NCBI GenBank assembly: GCA_047495785.1 | Contig: JBLDXI010000015.1 | Coordinates: 1,612,001-1,676,000, forward strand | Length of the DNA stretch: 64,000 nt | Source: Lepidodermella squamata | Taxonomy: Eukaryota > Animalia > Gastrotricha | Reading direction: 5' to 3' | Shown here: positions 12,445 to 26,700 of the stretch, in pieces | Numbering within the stretch: the stretch's first letter is position 1 | How the letters are laid out: every line of letters starts with the position of its first letter | The notes under the pieces: generated by a model | What the model saw: only the letters and a program-made list of their open reading frames with translations | Told to the model about the DNA's origin: nothing | The model's database searches: none | Translations under genes and position numbers: made by a program

Positions 12445-14254
12445 ATGCACGGCAGGCTGTCGAAGTATGAGCTTTCCTTTTATTTTTGCTACTGGGCGGC
12501 TCTCTTTGGAAAGATGGTCTATCACCTGTATCTCTTCTGCCGTGGTATGAATTATTGAACTGCATCAGACGTCTAGAGTTGCTACGAATTTCTTCATATT
12601 TTCAAGTCATAGAGCTGGATCATATATTTGCAAGCTGGGCACTGACTCCAGGATTCTTCATGAATTACAAATTTCGGGTTTGTTTTCAATTACTCTTTTA
12701 CCTATTATCCAATTTTTCCTTTGTTAGGAAAAGCTCGACGCTGAAATGTGGGTTTTGTTCGACCATGGTCTATCCTATCTAGCTCTTGGGCTTGGCCATG
12801 CCATCTTGCGTCACATCATTTTTAGGATTATAATTCGCCCGGAAGCAAAAAATCGTGACGAACTATTTCTGATCTTTTGTATTATCTACGGCGTATTGGC
12901 TACAAGTTATATAACCGGCCGCTACTACGGTGCTCTACATTTCCTGATTGCCGTGGCCGATTGGTTTATTGTTCGGAGGTTTTTCAAAATAACTCCGCTG
13001 ATCAGTAGAATTTCACCTCTTTGCCGAGCATGGATAATTGCCATCGCGCAAACGATATTGTTTCATCGGAGCACATCGTATTTGAATCCGTTTAAATATT
13101 CCGAGGCATCCCAAATCGCTTTCTTTTGGGCGATCGGGTGGCATCACTTGAAGTTTATCAGCTTCACTGATTCTAACTCGAAATTTCAAACTGGATTTCT
13201 TCATTACATGGCCTACATGTTTTACTATCCTCTAATTGTCGCACCTTTCTCACCATATTCTCGATTTCTGGTTCATAATGATTTGAAACATGCTGGCGAT
13301 ACCGAAAATTTCTCATCATTGAAGAAACCATTTGGCCAATCTGTGAAGGAGTTATTTAAAAAGCTTGTGATTGTATCGCTATGGCTGTTAGCTCTTATTT
13401 TCGGAAATCACGCCTTCTTCCCAACCGGCTTGGCTTTCTATCCAACAGCTTATCTTCAAGCTGACATATGGGCTCGAGCTGGCCATGCTTGGATGATGGG
13501 GCAATGGTTCCAGATTAAATACATGGTTATGTACGGAGTTCCTTGGATCGTCACTTTTTTGGATACGGGAGTGCCGTTACCCGAGTTGCCAATTTGCATC
13601 TCCAGAGTATACCGTTATTCTGTAATGTGGCGGAAATTTGACACTGGCCTGCACGAGTTCATGCGGGATCATTTATACGGGCCAACTTTAGCTACGATCG
13701 AATCAATAATTTCCTGGTCCAAAGGTCGGACCTTTTTCCATCGCAGCGTTATCTTCCGGAAAATGTTGGCCCTTGCAATTACATACAGCTTCATTGGAAT
13801 TTGGCACGGTTTAGGCAGTGGCAGCTTGGTTTTCGCAGCAATGAATTATATCTGCCTCGTTGTTGAATTCATGTCTGCTCGTATGAGCGGGCATTTTAAG
13901 TTAGCCGAGAAATTGGGTCCGCAATGGTATCGTCGATTTACAGCATTTTGCTGCTCATTCAGCGTGCAATGGTCCTGGATATCGTTTTTCTTTTTCAGTA
14001 AGTTCAGCGAAACTTTCGTGAAATTTACAGAGCTTTAATTCATAGAGACCGACTGGAGAACTGGCTGGTTTATCATAGAAAATTTGTTCTACCTCGAGTT
14101 ATGGAGGTATTCCATCGCCTTTTTTGCATTCTACTGTTGGGTCAACTTGTGCATGGAGCTTGAAATTCTGCTGGACCAACCAGAGGCCAAGCTGGCTATT
14201 GATAAGCCGCAATCAACATACGCTAAGCAACTTTCATCGAACAAGAATAAATGA
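12445..14254 (+). CDS. HHAT: MBOAT protein-cysteine N-palmitoyltransferase, HHAT/Rasp-like
   Basis: Exons 12445-12544, 12607-12677, 12728-13997, 14046-14254. Multi-TM; MBOAT motifs YMFYYPL, MWRKFDTGLHEFMRDHLY and catalytic FIGIWHG; N-terminus LSKYELSFYF resembles the HHAT start. Orthology not tested. Confidence 0.72.
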
Positions 14255-15342
14255 ACTTGATATGATGTAATATATATTATAAGTAATATTCGTTTAGGAT
14301 TCTCAATTAAAATTCGTTTAAACCCTGGATTCAGAGACCATGTTTTATGGGCATCTAAAGTTTGGATGTCCGAAGTTGCGATACACACGCGCGCGCTCGA
14401 ACATGATTGTCATTTTTAAAAGCGCTGAACTTCGATCGACGCGGACGACGGGAGATTAATAGGTGCACCAAAGTATCCACAGTTCGCGAACAAAAAACTT
14501 CGACCGAACTGCTTTGGCAGTCATTCTTGACCTCAAACCAACCGCGGCAGAATAATGGTAAATTTGCCGCTATATAACAAATCATCACGGTTGTTGCGTG
14601 CTGCCACCAGGTAACAAGCGAATTTATACACATTTTTGTTAAAAATGTAAATAATATCGCAACACCAGCCCTGGCAACACACGTGAAGGCGCAGAAATAC
14701 TAGAGCTAGGCAGACGTCGACCGGCCGACCAAATGAGGTTCGTCAGCCAGAAAATCAAGGTTGATTGTGACATTACCGTGGTGTGTGGTGTGGAGCTACT
14801 GGGTCGGGAACATGGTTTTTTGAACCTCTCATGTCTCTGGTAGCTCTCTTTGCTTTGAATTTAATGACAAAAAACCAAGTTCAATTCTTGCTCGATTGGT
14901 CAAAACCCGGTTGACAAACCGCTAAATTCAGTCGATGCTGTGGAGGTTGAAGTGATTGAGGTTGACCAAGTGGGGTAACTTGGCCCATGGCTATATCACT
15001 TGCAGATGAACCATCTTGGAAAAGCTTGCGAGTTGTTGAATTTCTTCGTAGCTCATCGCGTTATTGTTGCTGCGTCCTACATACGTCACTGGATCAAATT
15101 CCTGCTGAGGCGCCGTCGAGGTGTCATGGGTGTGATTTTTACAGAAATAAACGCCTGGCAACATGATTTGTTAATTTATCAACACTATGATGGCTTGATA
15201 TTGCGAACTACATACCGAGAAATCAATACATCATGTAGAAAAAACAGTTCACCACTGCGGTCTTCTGTCGACGCTTCGTACGGATAGTTATAAAGGTTAA
15301 TATAAATTTACGAATTCGCAAGCATAGGATATATTCGCAAAA

Positions 15343-17194
15343 ATGGAAAGATATCTAGCTGTTTTGTTTGCACTAGCTTTCACAGGTCTTAGCTCAGCGC
15401 AAAGTGAGTATTTTGACTCTATATAAATCCTGTGACGTAAATAGGACGCCGCTATATTGTCTACATCAAGATGTAGTCACCATAATTAGGGCAAAAGGGT
15501 TGAGAAGGGTTGAAACTATTTACGTAACGTTACATATATTCATACTTTACATATAACTTCTAACAGCTTGCAGTCCTTCGTGCCAGAACGGCGGTACCTG
15601 TATTGCAGGAGTTTGCCAATGTGCTGTTGGCTGGACAGCCTCTGACTGCAGCTTGCGTAAGATATTTGCGCCATTACACTCACTTACTAGACATATTAGG
15701 GAAGAAGAATGCTGTCTGTGACCAGTTTTGATTTTCTGGAATTTCTTGTTTCATTGAGATATGCTGATTCATCTCGTATACCAGAATATTCGTATATCAA
15801 TGGCGAATTTCCATGTAATTTTATTCCTATGATTAAATCAGCTCGAATTTGAAGGATGATGTATTGCAGATACTAACTGGTGGCTGAGGCGGAATATTAC
15901 CTCGAAAAATAACGCAATTCAAGTGCTGACGTCTGGTGGAGATAGATATGGCTGTATCACGACGAGGAAAGTTAGTCTTAATGTTGGTTTGCTTTCGATT
16001 CCCTTTGTCAATAATTTTAAATAGAAGTGGAACATGACGGACTTTTCTATCAATATCACTGCTGAAACTAGTGGAATGGATACCCTTGGGCAAGTGTGGC
16101 TGTCAATGATATCCAACAACTCATACACGTATTATCAATCACATGGTATGGGGGCGTACTGGAGCGCTAATTTCAGTTTGGTCGGCAGCGTTCTCCGCTA
16201 CGCCCAACAGTCGAAAACATTCGAGTTCGTGTCAACACCCACTGCCATCGGCTTTCTCGTAGCACCTAGATATCCGCTTATTGACGTGAACAATGTCTAT
16301 TACAAAGGGCGATTCCACCTTGGCTTTGTTGTTCGCAATGGCGGACAAGTCTTCGTCGAACACTGCAATACGACAGTCTGCGAGCGATTGATCGATGGCA
16401 TTGCCGTCCCCAATTTCATAACGGTGAACAACACCGCGAACGTTGTCATGGGTATACTTGCTGATTCTGAGAATGATGCCCAGCAGTTCGACATAATTGA
16501 TCTAAGAGTCTATCGAATAGGTGTGTTAGAAATTTGCATCTATTTTATGGTTGCTTTACGTCATGCCATAGGATCCTGCTACCCTGAGTGCAACAGAGGC
16601 TACTGCATTGCTAGAAATACCTGCCAATGTTATGCTGGATGGACAGGACCAAGGTGCAATAATCGTAAGTAGCAAGAAACAAGGAAATTGCGAATGCGTA
16701 GCAGAAGTTTGATCCCTTATCCATCCTGAGATCCTACGATATTATACACCCGAATATTATATAGGGTTCTGATGGGATGAAGGTAGCTAAGAAATAGCGA
16801 TTTGCAGCGCTTGAACTTACTGTTTTGTGGTCTTCCGGACAGAAAAATATGACTATATCTTGACATGTTTCATATCACTGGCTCAAGTTTCGTGTGAAGC
16901 CTGCTCGCTTAATTTTTTCCTTTTGTGCTTTAGAAATATGTGGTTCGGATATCTGTCCAACAAATGGCTGGTGTTCCGGATCGAGCACGTGTTCTTGTTT
17001 TGATAAATGGAAAACCGGCCCTGACTGTCTACAACGTAAGCTAAATCTTGGAAAGTTTGAAACTCTGAATTTCATTGTCTTTATCATCAGCTATTTGCGA
17101 CTGCGCTGTAGCGAAGCGATGTGCGCATATGCTATGCGACTGCCCAGACGGCAGCCAACGATACGACTGCAATGATCCAAACGCACTGGTTTGA
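15343..17194 (+). CDS. Secreted EGF-repeat protein with a central uncharacterised beta-rich domain (copy 1)
   Basis: Signal exon MERYLAVLFALAFTGLSSAQ; EGF exons (CSPSCQNGGTCIAGVCQCAVGWTASDC; CYPECNRGYCIARNTCQCYAGWTGPRC; CGSDICPTNGWC...). The acceptor of the exon near 15760 could not be put in frame, so intactness is uncertain. Confidence 0.7.
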
Positions 17195-19144
17195 ACACAG
17201 TAACCAGAAGTTGTCAATGCTGACTCAAGGAAACAAAAACTAGTTTTTTCCTGATCATATACGTAAGGAATGTATATAAAAGCATGTATGCTGTGTAATC
17301 AAGGTGTAATCGATGTAGGAAATGATCTAATAAAAAGATAGCGACGAAAAGCTGTTGTTTTATGTTACGCTACCGTCTTCAGTTTTATCAGCTTCAAAAT
17401 ATATACCGTGAATTTGGCTTCGGAGTTGTCGACCATTTCAGCTATTTATCTTGGGTGGTTGGCTTCTTCTGAGAAATGAACAAAAAGATAATGGAATAAT
17501 ATTTTAACCACATTCAAAATATCCTGTACCCAACGATATAAAATTTGAGTTGTAATTTTTATTTTTTTTTTATTTGCCGACATCAGTCGGTTTTGGATAA
17601 CAAATGACGAGGCTCCCGTGATAAGTGGAGGTTGGTGCTGGCTGGTGAAAACCCGCTGATTAGTTCGATGCTGTTTCAAAAAAACGAACCCGAATGGTCT
17701 ACATCTTAGAATATGACTGAGGACCACACAACGTCACTATCAATTAGTTTTAATGAATTACATCCGCTTGAACGAAGTTGAAAACACAAAACTACCATAC
17801 ACCACACTCGTCATTATTATCATCATCAGCGTCAAAATAGACAGGCAGCGTGCTTCCGCTCACTATGAAACTCACATGCACGCAAATAAATAGGCGTGCG
17901 CGCGCGCTTGGAGTGGTGGAGTAACTTGATTACCGCACTGGTGCGCGCGCGCAGCCTTAATTTATGTGCGAGTGTGTTTGTATCCACCAGAGTTGACGCG
18001 CGCGCACTAAATTAAGGCCGCCCAGTCGAAAAGCGCATCGCTATAGCTGTAGTTCTGCATCGCGCTTCACTGGCCGCAGAGTGACCACTGCTCAACAAAA
18101 AGTCGAGCTATAAAAATTAAATTCCCAGTGATGGCAGATACAATAAAGTAAACAACTCACTAAAATCGAGTTATCATTAGCTGTTGTAGTCTTTATTCAC
18201 CGATTTCCATACGAATCGTTAAGCTCTAAGAACAATTTCCACCCAAAATATGTCCACGCAATTTCCCCATCGTATCGCTTGCTTTAGTCCTGCCTTCATA
18301 TCCAGGTGTTTCTTTTTCACCCGTTTTGATTGATTCACCTCTATTCCTAATTTGTCTGATACCACCTGGCCACTGCTACGCAAGCACAACAATCGTTAGT
18401 GCGAAATGTGGTGTGTTTTCGCAACTATAGCGCAGCCACTGTTACTGAGGCCGAGAATGTCTAACAATAGAGCCTTTAATTTCAACAATTAAGAGGGACT
18501 GACTTTTTCAGCAATAAAAATATTGCTACTAACGCGTATTGTGAATAGTCAACGTGGGCTGTGGGCTGTTAACTCTTCTGCTCTATTGTCCGATTTTTTC
18601 GGCCTCGGTAAGCGATGTCGGTCTAATAACGTTCAAATAGCTGTAGTTTAGAAGTGCTTTTTCTCGCTAATTTGATGATAATTATTTCAATGTTTACTGG
18701 GACGCATATGCGGCATCGGATTAAGAACCTTCACTCTTTTCCAGTTTGATACTTTTATAATAAACTGCGATTTAAAGTAATAATAAGGAAATCATGTTAA
18801 TAACCTATGCATCAATCAATATTAGGGCCGTTCCAATTTTAGTGCTTAAATATTGACCAGTAGATAGTTTGGTGTAAGATATTCCTCCTTAATCCATAGT
18901 CCGTAATCAAACGGATATGAGCTGCTAAAATACCCAATCGGCCACAAAATTCCACGATTTCCAATCTAATGGAAAGTGGACTCCTTACTTAGGGAACTAA
19001 TCAAAAAGTAGCCCAGCCCTTTGTTTCTTAGCTAACATATGGAGAAATTTAGCAACAAAAATCTTCCCGATCGCTTTTCACTTCTCAATTTTTTCAGATA
19101 GGTACCAGGTTTGATGAAATGGACTCGTTGCGGGGTTTCTATCG

Positions 19145-21312
19145 ATGAGAGTTCCCAGTGGGGCCGGCGGCTCGGCGAACCCTGGAGTCGGCCCGGCAGC
19201 ATCAACAGCTCGTCGCCATGTTGTCTCGTGCTTCCTTCGAAAGTTTCGCGGCAACATTTCGCGCTTCTTCCGGCAAAACTTCCCACTCCAAGCCGGTCGA
19301 CACAACAATGTCGGCCTAACTTGCTGGCCTTTTCTTACGATCTTCCTCGCCAGCGTCATTATTTACTTACTTGCAACTAGCCGGAGACAGGATTGTCCCC
19401 CTATTCAGGTCAATAGAAACTTTAAATTGCTTCGACAAGTTCTTGTTACCGAGAAAATCGACGTAGCAAGCAAGAATTCAGCAAAAGTTGTGAAGCAGGT
19501 AACAATCAAGCCTGTTTCGTCTACCGCCAAAGTTGAGACGCATAGAGTTGCAAAAACTGTATCGCCGGAATGCCCTTTTCCTGAAGTTGAGGATGACGAG
19601 ATCTGTGCGTTTCGTCGCATGATCGCTGCAACAAAGCGTGACTACTCCCTGTTACGCGCGACTTGGTCCGTCTGTGCGCAGGTACTCAACCGCTTCAGTG
19701 ATGCAACGTCCTGGTACCTTTACGGGACTAGTTTACTCGGCTACTACCGGCACAACGGCTCGATTGTTCCTTGGGACGACTTCATAGACATAGCCATGTT
19801 TTCGAAATCGGGCAAGAAGACGGCCAAGCCCATCGAACTCGCAAAGCAATTTCAGGGTTTTGTAAAAAAATTCCCTGGTTACACGTCGTATTTTGTGGAA
19901 AATCAGGCTAAAATAAAATGTTTCGGGTCCTGGGCAAACAATTCGCGAACAATTGTTGGCCGAGACCGCTGGACACCCTCGTGGAGATGGCCTTACGTGG
20001 AAATTCAAATTATGCTGACAAACTACTCGGCTTCACTAGAAGTTATGGAAACTGTGCAGGATCCTTACTGGCCAGAATATTGGGTATGACCTTTTGACAA
20101 TCAGTATTCATCTTTCATAATTCAGTAATTTAGTACTCAGGAAAAGACATCCTGCCGCTTCAACGAGCAGTTTTTGAATCGCAACCGGTTTACGTCCCGA
20201 AAAATATACCAAATGTCTTGGATAAAAATTACGACGTATCATGGTGTTCGACTCGGTTCTACAGCCACAAATCGGAACGGGTAGAACCAAGCCCGAATTA
20301 CGTGTCAAAGCCATGCGCCGAACTCCGGCATTTCGTAAATTTTTCCAATCTTCAAATCCCGGATGATTCATCCGATCACTGGAATTCAACCTGCCCAGAG
20401 GGTGATGCAGCGGATGACCAGTCGATTTGCAGTTTTTTGCCCGTTATCTCCGCTAAGGAGAAAGCGAATCTAGTGGAAACTATGAAAGTCTGCCTGAAGA
20501 TTGTTGAGCAGCTTGATGGAGTTTCTAACTTCCTGTACGGTGGAACTTTACTCGGATGGTATCGGCATAACAAGTCAATGATTCCGTAACTAACTTTTTT
20601 ATAAACTCGAATCAAATTCAAGTGGCCTTTTCAGATGGGATGATGATGTTGACGTCGCTCTCGTTCCTATGTCGCCATCGCTGGCTGCTAACAAGGCAGC
20701 TCAAATCTTAGCTCAATTACGCGTTATATCGCCGAAATTCCCCGGTTATCAACTGTTGTTCGTTGAGAGTCAGCTCAAAATCAAATGCTACGGCAATAAA
20801 GCCAGCAATTCAAGACCGGTTCCGCGGGTTGGCAATTGGCGACCACCATGGCGATGGCCCTATGTCGATCTTCAAATAATGAGGACCAATTTTACGGTTG
20901 GTCGGGGAAAAAACGCCTCCTCAATTTCAACAATTGAAGATCCATCAGGCTTCTCGGCATTTTGGGTGAGGCGTGAAGTTATTTTTATCATCCTCAACAT
21001 GCTTGGTTTCTCTACAGTATCCAAGTGATTTAGTCTTTCCTTTGAAGAGAAGCTCTTTCGAAAAGATCCCAGTTAACGTTCCTCGTTTGGTGAAACAGTC
21101 GTTGGTGAGGAACTATGACATCAAAACCTGTGTATCACCTTATTACAGGTAAATTTACAACTGAAGTGACATTCCATAATTTGAATACTTGCTTTTCCAG
21201 TCATCGCAAAGAACGAGTCTTGAAAAGAGATCACCATCCAACTGTTAGGAAACCTTGCTCACAACTCGGCCATATGTACACTTTTACAAATTTGGAGGAA
21301 GATGAAACTTGA
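19145..21312 (+). CDS. Tandem two-domain LicD/fukutin-family protein 3
   Basis: Exons 19145-20083, 20134-20585, 20635-20965, 21018-21148, 21201-21312. TM FLTIFLASVIIYLLA. Domain 1 IVPWDDFID; domain 2 YGGTLLGWYRH..MIPWDDDVD...WRWPYVDL. Confidence 0.9.
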
Positions 21313-21421
21313 TCCAAGTCGAAACAATATTATTTTTTGTTGAAAAATTAGCAATAAATTTGACATGGTTATAACTCATAACGACGATTTTATTAGTTTA
21401 CTAGTCCTATCATAAAGGCTT

Positions 21422-21930
21422 TCACCAGATAATGATGACAGGGGCGAAAGCAACAATCAAGATGTTGAGTAAAAACGGACCGTTGAATGATGCTTCGTTC
21501 ATAGGTTTCTTCGCTGTAGGGGTTGAAGTATTGTCATTGTTCGACGGCTTGTTGTCATCTTTTCCCTTATCACCGGGTTCTTCTGTCTGAGAAACTTTTT
21601 TCGCCTTATCTTTAGGCTCTACAGGCGTGTCGTCTTTGCCTTCTGGATCGGGCTCCGTTTCGTTTTTACGATTTGCAACCGTAGTAGGCTTTCCCCCATC
21701 ACTAGCAGCAGCCGTCGTTTCTCGCTTCGTCGACAGAGCTGCAGTGGTTGATCCAGCCATTGCTGTTGTCGTATGCCCATGTGTCGAAGTTGGCGCTGAT
21801 GTTGAACTCTGCATCCAAACAACTAGAAGAAAAATCAATTAGATTTAACAGTAATTTTCATGTTAAAATAATGAATACCGTCAGCGAGGAGCGTCGCGAA
21901 AACGATGGCGCTACTGAAAGTACTGAACAT
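21422..21930 (-). CDS. Small Thr/Ser-rich, charged, putatively GPI-anchored surface protein
   Basis: Signal exon MFSTFSSAIVFATLLAD (ATG at 21930) spliced to ORF 21422-21838; low-complexity body; hydrophobic C-terminus FLLNILIVAFAPVIIIW with no cytoplasmic tail. Confidence 0.7.
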
Positions 21931-22085
21931 TGGGCGCAAAGTAAAACTTGAATGTAATTTTCAATTCAAAACGATAAGAATCGCGGAAACGTCAGTTTGA
22001 AGATGTTAAGGTGGATTTTTTATTTTTACATCTCATTATACTTATTACACGCGTTCGCAATTTTAACTCACATTCTTGCTTACTA

Positions 22086-22238
22086 TTCGATTAAGATCAA
22101 TATAAATGGTTTACCGATAGGCAAATAGCGAGAGTTTCACAGTCAAACAGGCTAATTTTATTCTCAAAACCTCTATTTCTTAATTGAACATGGAATTATT
22201 TGCCTATCGGTAAGCTATTAATATTGATCTTAATCGAA
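22086..22238. mobile_element. MITE-like element
   Basis: ~42-bp imperfect TIRs ttcgattaagatcaatat...taggcaaata / tatttgccta...atattgatcttaatcgaa. Confidence 0.65.
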
Positions 22239-23703
22239 ATTCATCGAGTATGGTAATGTTTCCTTTTGACCTGGAATAATTCTCGTAAGTAGGTGCTCAA
22301 ACCTCAAAGCATCCTTTCATACCCGTAATCTTAACTTTATTACATCTATAATTGCCGCAAGCAGTATTCGCATCCATCCTTAATTTTAACCGTAGACAAA
22401 AAACGCGCTATAAGTTCACAACTACAACTAAGCAATTTTTCAGCATTGTCCGATGTTGATGGTCTATTTCAGTTCTCCGCAAACTTTTTCCACCGCCGGC
22501 CTTTTTGGCGGCCGGAAAGCCTTGGCTTCGGCCGCAGATACAATCAGACCCTTCTCCGCAGATACAATCAGAATTTTGTAGCTTCAAGCACATTTTTCTT
22601 TCGCGACAATGCTATTGCTTATAGCGGAGGCCTTTATTATCAGGTTAATTCTGAAAAACGAACCTCCAATACCTTAGCCGACTGCTTCCCCTTAACTTGA
22701 GTCAAATTGAGAGCCGGAGAAGCGATACCTTAAGCGAGTCTATGCGCAGAGAGAACGAAGTGATCATAGGCATACCGCAAACAACCCGAAAGGGCTGGGG
22801 GTCTTAAACTGCCATTCACGTAAAGTGTTTTGCCCTACCTGTTTCCTACTCGAACAAAGATGAGGGAAAATGCTCAAGGAACCATCAAAGCAGAGGTCAA
22901 TAATATATGCGAGCGAATCGAGCTTTAGCTAACGGTATTTCGCAGAAATGTTGGCTGAAAATAGTCTAAAATAGGCTGATTTTCGCGTCATGATAGAAGG
23001 AAACGGGTAGCCGGCCGCATTCCAGCCATTAATGGAGAAAAGCCCTCCGGCCGCTAAGAACTGCTCCACCGGAAAAACCGAGTTTGCGGAGCACTGATTT
23101 ATTTTATTTGACCCACTAAACGCTAAAACGGAATTGAGATAATGTATCCTGATTCTCCAAGTGCAGCACCTATTGTTCAGATATCATGAACAAGTTAAAG
23201 AAAACATGGCTGAGCTTTGAATTCAAGTGTGCAAGATCAAAAGTCCGGAGTTGTTCTTATCACTGAGCACGGTGTGCGGCACGGCGGTGAGCAGCAAAAT
23301 TTACGAGCGGTAGCGCGGGCATTATCTCAAAATACTGAAGACACTGTGTAATTATTTAATGACTCCACGCAAAGCTAGATATGAGCATATAAACACGGAC
23401 GATTGAGAAATATGAGCTATAACTCAAGCAATTCGACTTTATTTCTTGACTGCTTCGTGTCATTTCTAACGGGAAAAGGGTTAAAGCACGACGTAACCAC
23501 CGCACTAACAGCCCACTATATTGAAAAAGTCAGTACCGCACACAATAACAGAACATCAACAAAACGGTGAATCATTAGGTCAATATGCAAAATACTGTGA
23601 TAAACCCTATCGCAGTTTAAAAATAGACAACATCAGTACTTAAATTCTAGAAAATAGCAACATTTTTCAGATGTAAGGCATTTTATTTTCACTTGCAAGT
23701 GAA

Positions 23704-26700
23704 ATGTGGTTACCATTGCTTATAGCGCTTTCGGCTGTTCTTCTCTCAAGTGCAGGTAAAAATAACTTGTATCAGCTTATCGTTGTTCTATCATAGCCTC
23801 TGCTGTAGAAGCTGCCGATGGCGATGTGATATTTTCATGCGATTTCGAAACAGATGCCTGTGAATTTATCACCGACAGCCCGCGCACTTGGGCAAGAAAC
23901 TGTTACTCGGGATGTGCGGGATGCAGCGGGGTGATGCAGGATCACACAACCAATGATTGCGGGTATTATTTTTCTACTCCTGCGTCTGGATACTCGCCCG
24001 CGGTCCTTCAGCGACCTGTCAATGAAACAAGCGATATGAACTGCTTGTCCTTCTACTTTTTCTCTGGAAGTGGCTCATTTCAACCGCAACTTAGTGGCGG
24101 AACTTATACTAGAACAGCTTGGAATTACATATGGGCGGTTGAAGGTGATCAAGGCAGAAGATGGACTTACAAGCAAGTCAATATTCCTGGAAGGATGTAC
24201 CAGTCTGTAAGTTGTAGCTTCATTCAGGAATGTAAAAAACTAAATTTGAGAATGGAAGGTCTTCTTCATGGCTGAGCTCTCAATATCTGCAGGGGGATCC
24301 TTCGGAATTGATGACGTAGTGCTGCGAAGTGGGGCATGCCCTCGTGTTTCCGATCTATACTGCGATTTTGAAGATGCCAAGAAGTGCAACTTTGCTTCCT
24401 CCGGCCAGGAATTATGGCGCATTGGTACAGTAGACCACTTTTCTGATCACTCGTACGGCGCCGACGAAGGAAACTATGCTTACTTGAAGCCGAAAAATGA
24501 AAGAGCAGCAGAGTTATTGGTTCCCTTTTCATGGCCGAACGCCAATGTCAATAAGGAAGAAACGGTGATATGCGCCGAATTTTGGTACCAATCGACCCCG
24601 TCGTCGAAGAGTTATATCAGCCAGCTTGATCTCTGCGTTGACGATTGCGATAGCGGGATGGCGTATTCCGGAATCCATGGTGTCCTAACATACGAGTGGA
24701 GATTGGCTCAATATGAGCTTCGTAAGTCTCTTGAAGAATCAGATCAATTGAAGTTCACCTATTCGCTATAGCACCGAGAAATGCTGAGAAATTCAACCTA
24801 ATCTTCCGCGGCGGTGTTGTGGCAAAGGACAAGCCAGACAACTCAGTAAACCAGCTTCTAGCCATCGATGACATCAACTTGAGAGGGGGGCCTTGTAATA
24901 TCAATTTCGTCGCATGTACCTTCGATACAGCGTGCAGTTCGAGTTGGACAAGCAGCCAGGATCTTGTTCCGGAAACTTTCCAATCTCTTGGCTTCGAGCC
25001 AATGGTATGGCAAATTGGTCAAGGAAGCACAGGCTTGCCGATACTTCGAGATCATACTTACGGATACGAGGACGGTAAATATATGTATGCCAAGCCCGTG
25101 TCTTCGAAGCTTTCATACGCCGCTCTAGCCTCCGTTAGCCTAGCGGGAAACAAAGCCTATTGCGTGCAATTCTTCTACACCGGGAAAAATGTTTCTTCAA
25201 TATCGGAAAGCAAGAAACCTCTGCGGATGGTAGCCTTGTTCTCAACAAACTACCAACGAACCATTTGGGAAATGGCGTGGAGTGACATTAAGGATTACTG
25301 GCGACATGGCAAGTTCGAGGCCGATTTCCGAACCATAGCTGGAAGTGCTGCATTCCAATTGATTTTCGAGGCATATCTTGATAACGAAAATGACATTATT
25401 GCTGTTGATGATATCCGTATCGATGCTGTTAGCGATGCATGCTACAGCAGCAATGTAAATCCTATACCGAGTAGTAGTTTGAGCGTTGGTAAGCTCTACC
25501 CTTTTAGCGAATCAGCGTTTCAAAATTTCTTCTGCAGGCAACCAGTATCTTTCATGTGATTTCAGTAAAGGATCACTTTGCTATTGGCGTTCGAAAGGAT
25601 GGGTCCTCCAAAACGATCCTGTTGACGACAGTAAAACGAATTTCTCTTTGTAATCCCATTGGCTAACACCTCTGACTTAGAAAATTCTGCAATGTTTGTA
25701 TATTCCGGCGCGCCTGGTCCCAACTCGAATTTGCTAGCATCCGAAATTATTCCAGCTTACGGAACTTACTGTTTCGAATTCGATTATGCCATGTATGGTT
25801 TGCACCCTGTATTGGTGTTTATTACAATGAGAAACGGAGAACGCGAGAAAACAACCAAGACTCTATGGACCAGAGGGGGTTCAAAGGGATTCCGTTACCT
25901 CAAAGGTCGCGTCCCTATTCAGAGCGACTATGACTTTTCTGTCGAATTCGAAGTCAGGGGATCTGGCTTGGGAGTTTTAGCATCAAGCGACTGGCCTTAT
26001 TCCGGTACATTTGCGGTTCGCAACGTGAAGCTCACTCTAGGTCTGTGTGAAAGCAATCCTAGAGAAGAATGCGACTTTGAAAATGGCTTGTGCAACTGGA
26101 AGCTCGATAGCAGTGGAACCTACATCTGGTTGTTGAGTAAGTTTCTTGCTCGCCTGTTAACACTAGAATACTTGTTTTCAAAACAAAAAGGAAAAGGATC
26201 CGAAATTAAAGTGTTTCCAAGTGACCATTCGACACGTACGCCGCAGGGCACCTTTGCTGTGCTACCTGGCAGCACAAGATCCTCAACGTTGACGATGCAA
26301 ACGACCGGCGGCCCTAAAATAGCGTGTCTCAGCTTCTGGTACCAGCTAACAAGCTATCGGCCGGTGGGATTGAGGTACCCTTCGCTAAGTGTTACGGCTC
26401 GGTCTTCCTCAGCAAGCGTCCAGGAGTTCTGGGGCACTGACGTTAAAACTCGGAATTGGCAATTCGCTCGCGTCGAAATGACATACTCGTTTGGATCGAT
26501 AGCGTCTGTCATCATAACTGGTAAGAATCAAGATAACGAAAATTGGATAGCGGTGGACGATGTTCAGCTTCTGCAAAATGAATGTCCCGATGTTGCCGCG
26601 TGTGACTTTGAAACAAGCAGCTGCGGCTACCAGCAATACAACCCTCTGACCGCAGTGATTGTCGCATGGATGAGCCCTGGCAGCCCCGATTCGGAATCAA

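Noticed and set aside
12363-12470. Apparent premature TGA in the first HHAT exon
   Set aside because: Belongs to another frame; ATG 12445 gives an open HHAT-like N-terminus
15841-15868. In-frame stops in both EGF paralogs (also 40866) suggesting readthrough or an alternative code
   Set aside because: Both fall inside the intron if the downstream tattgcag acceptor is used
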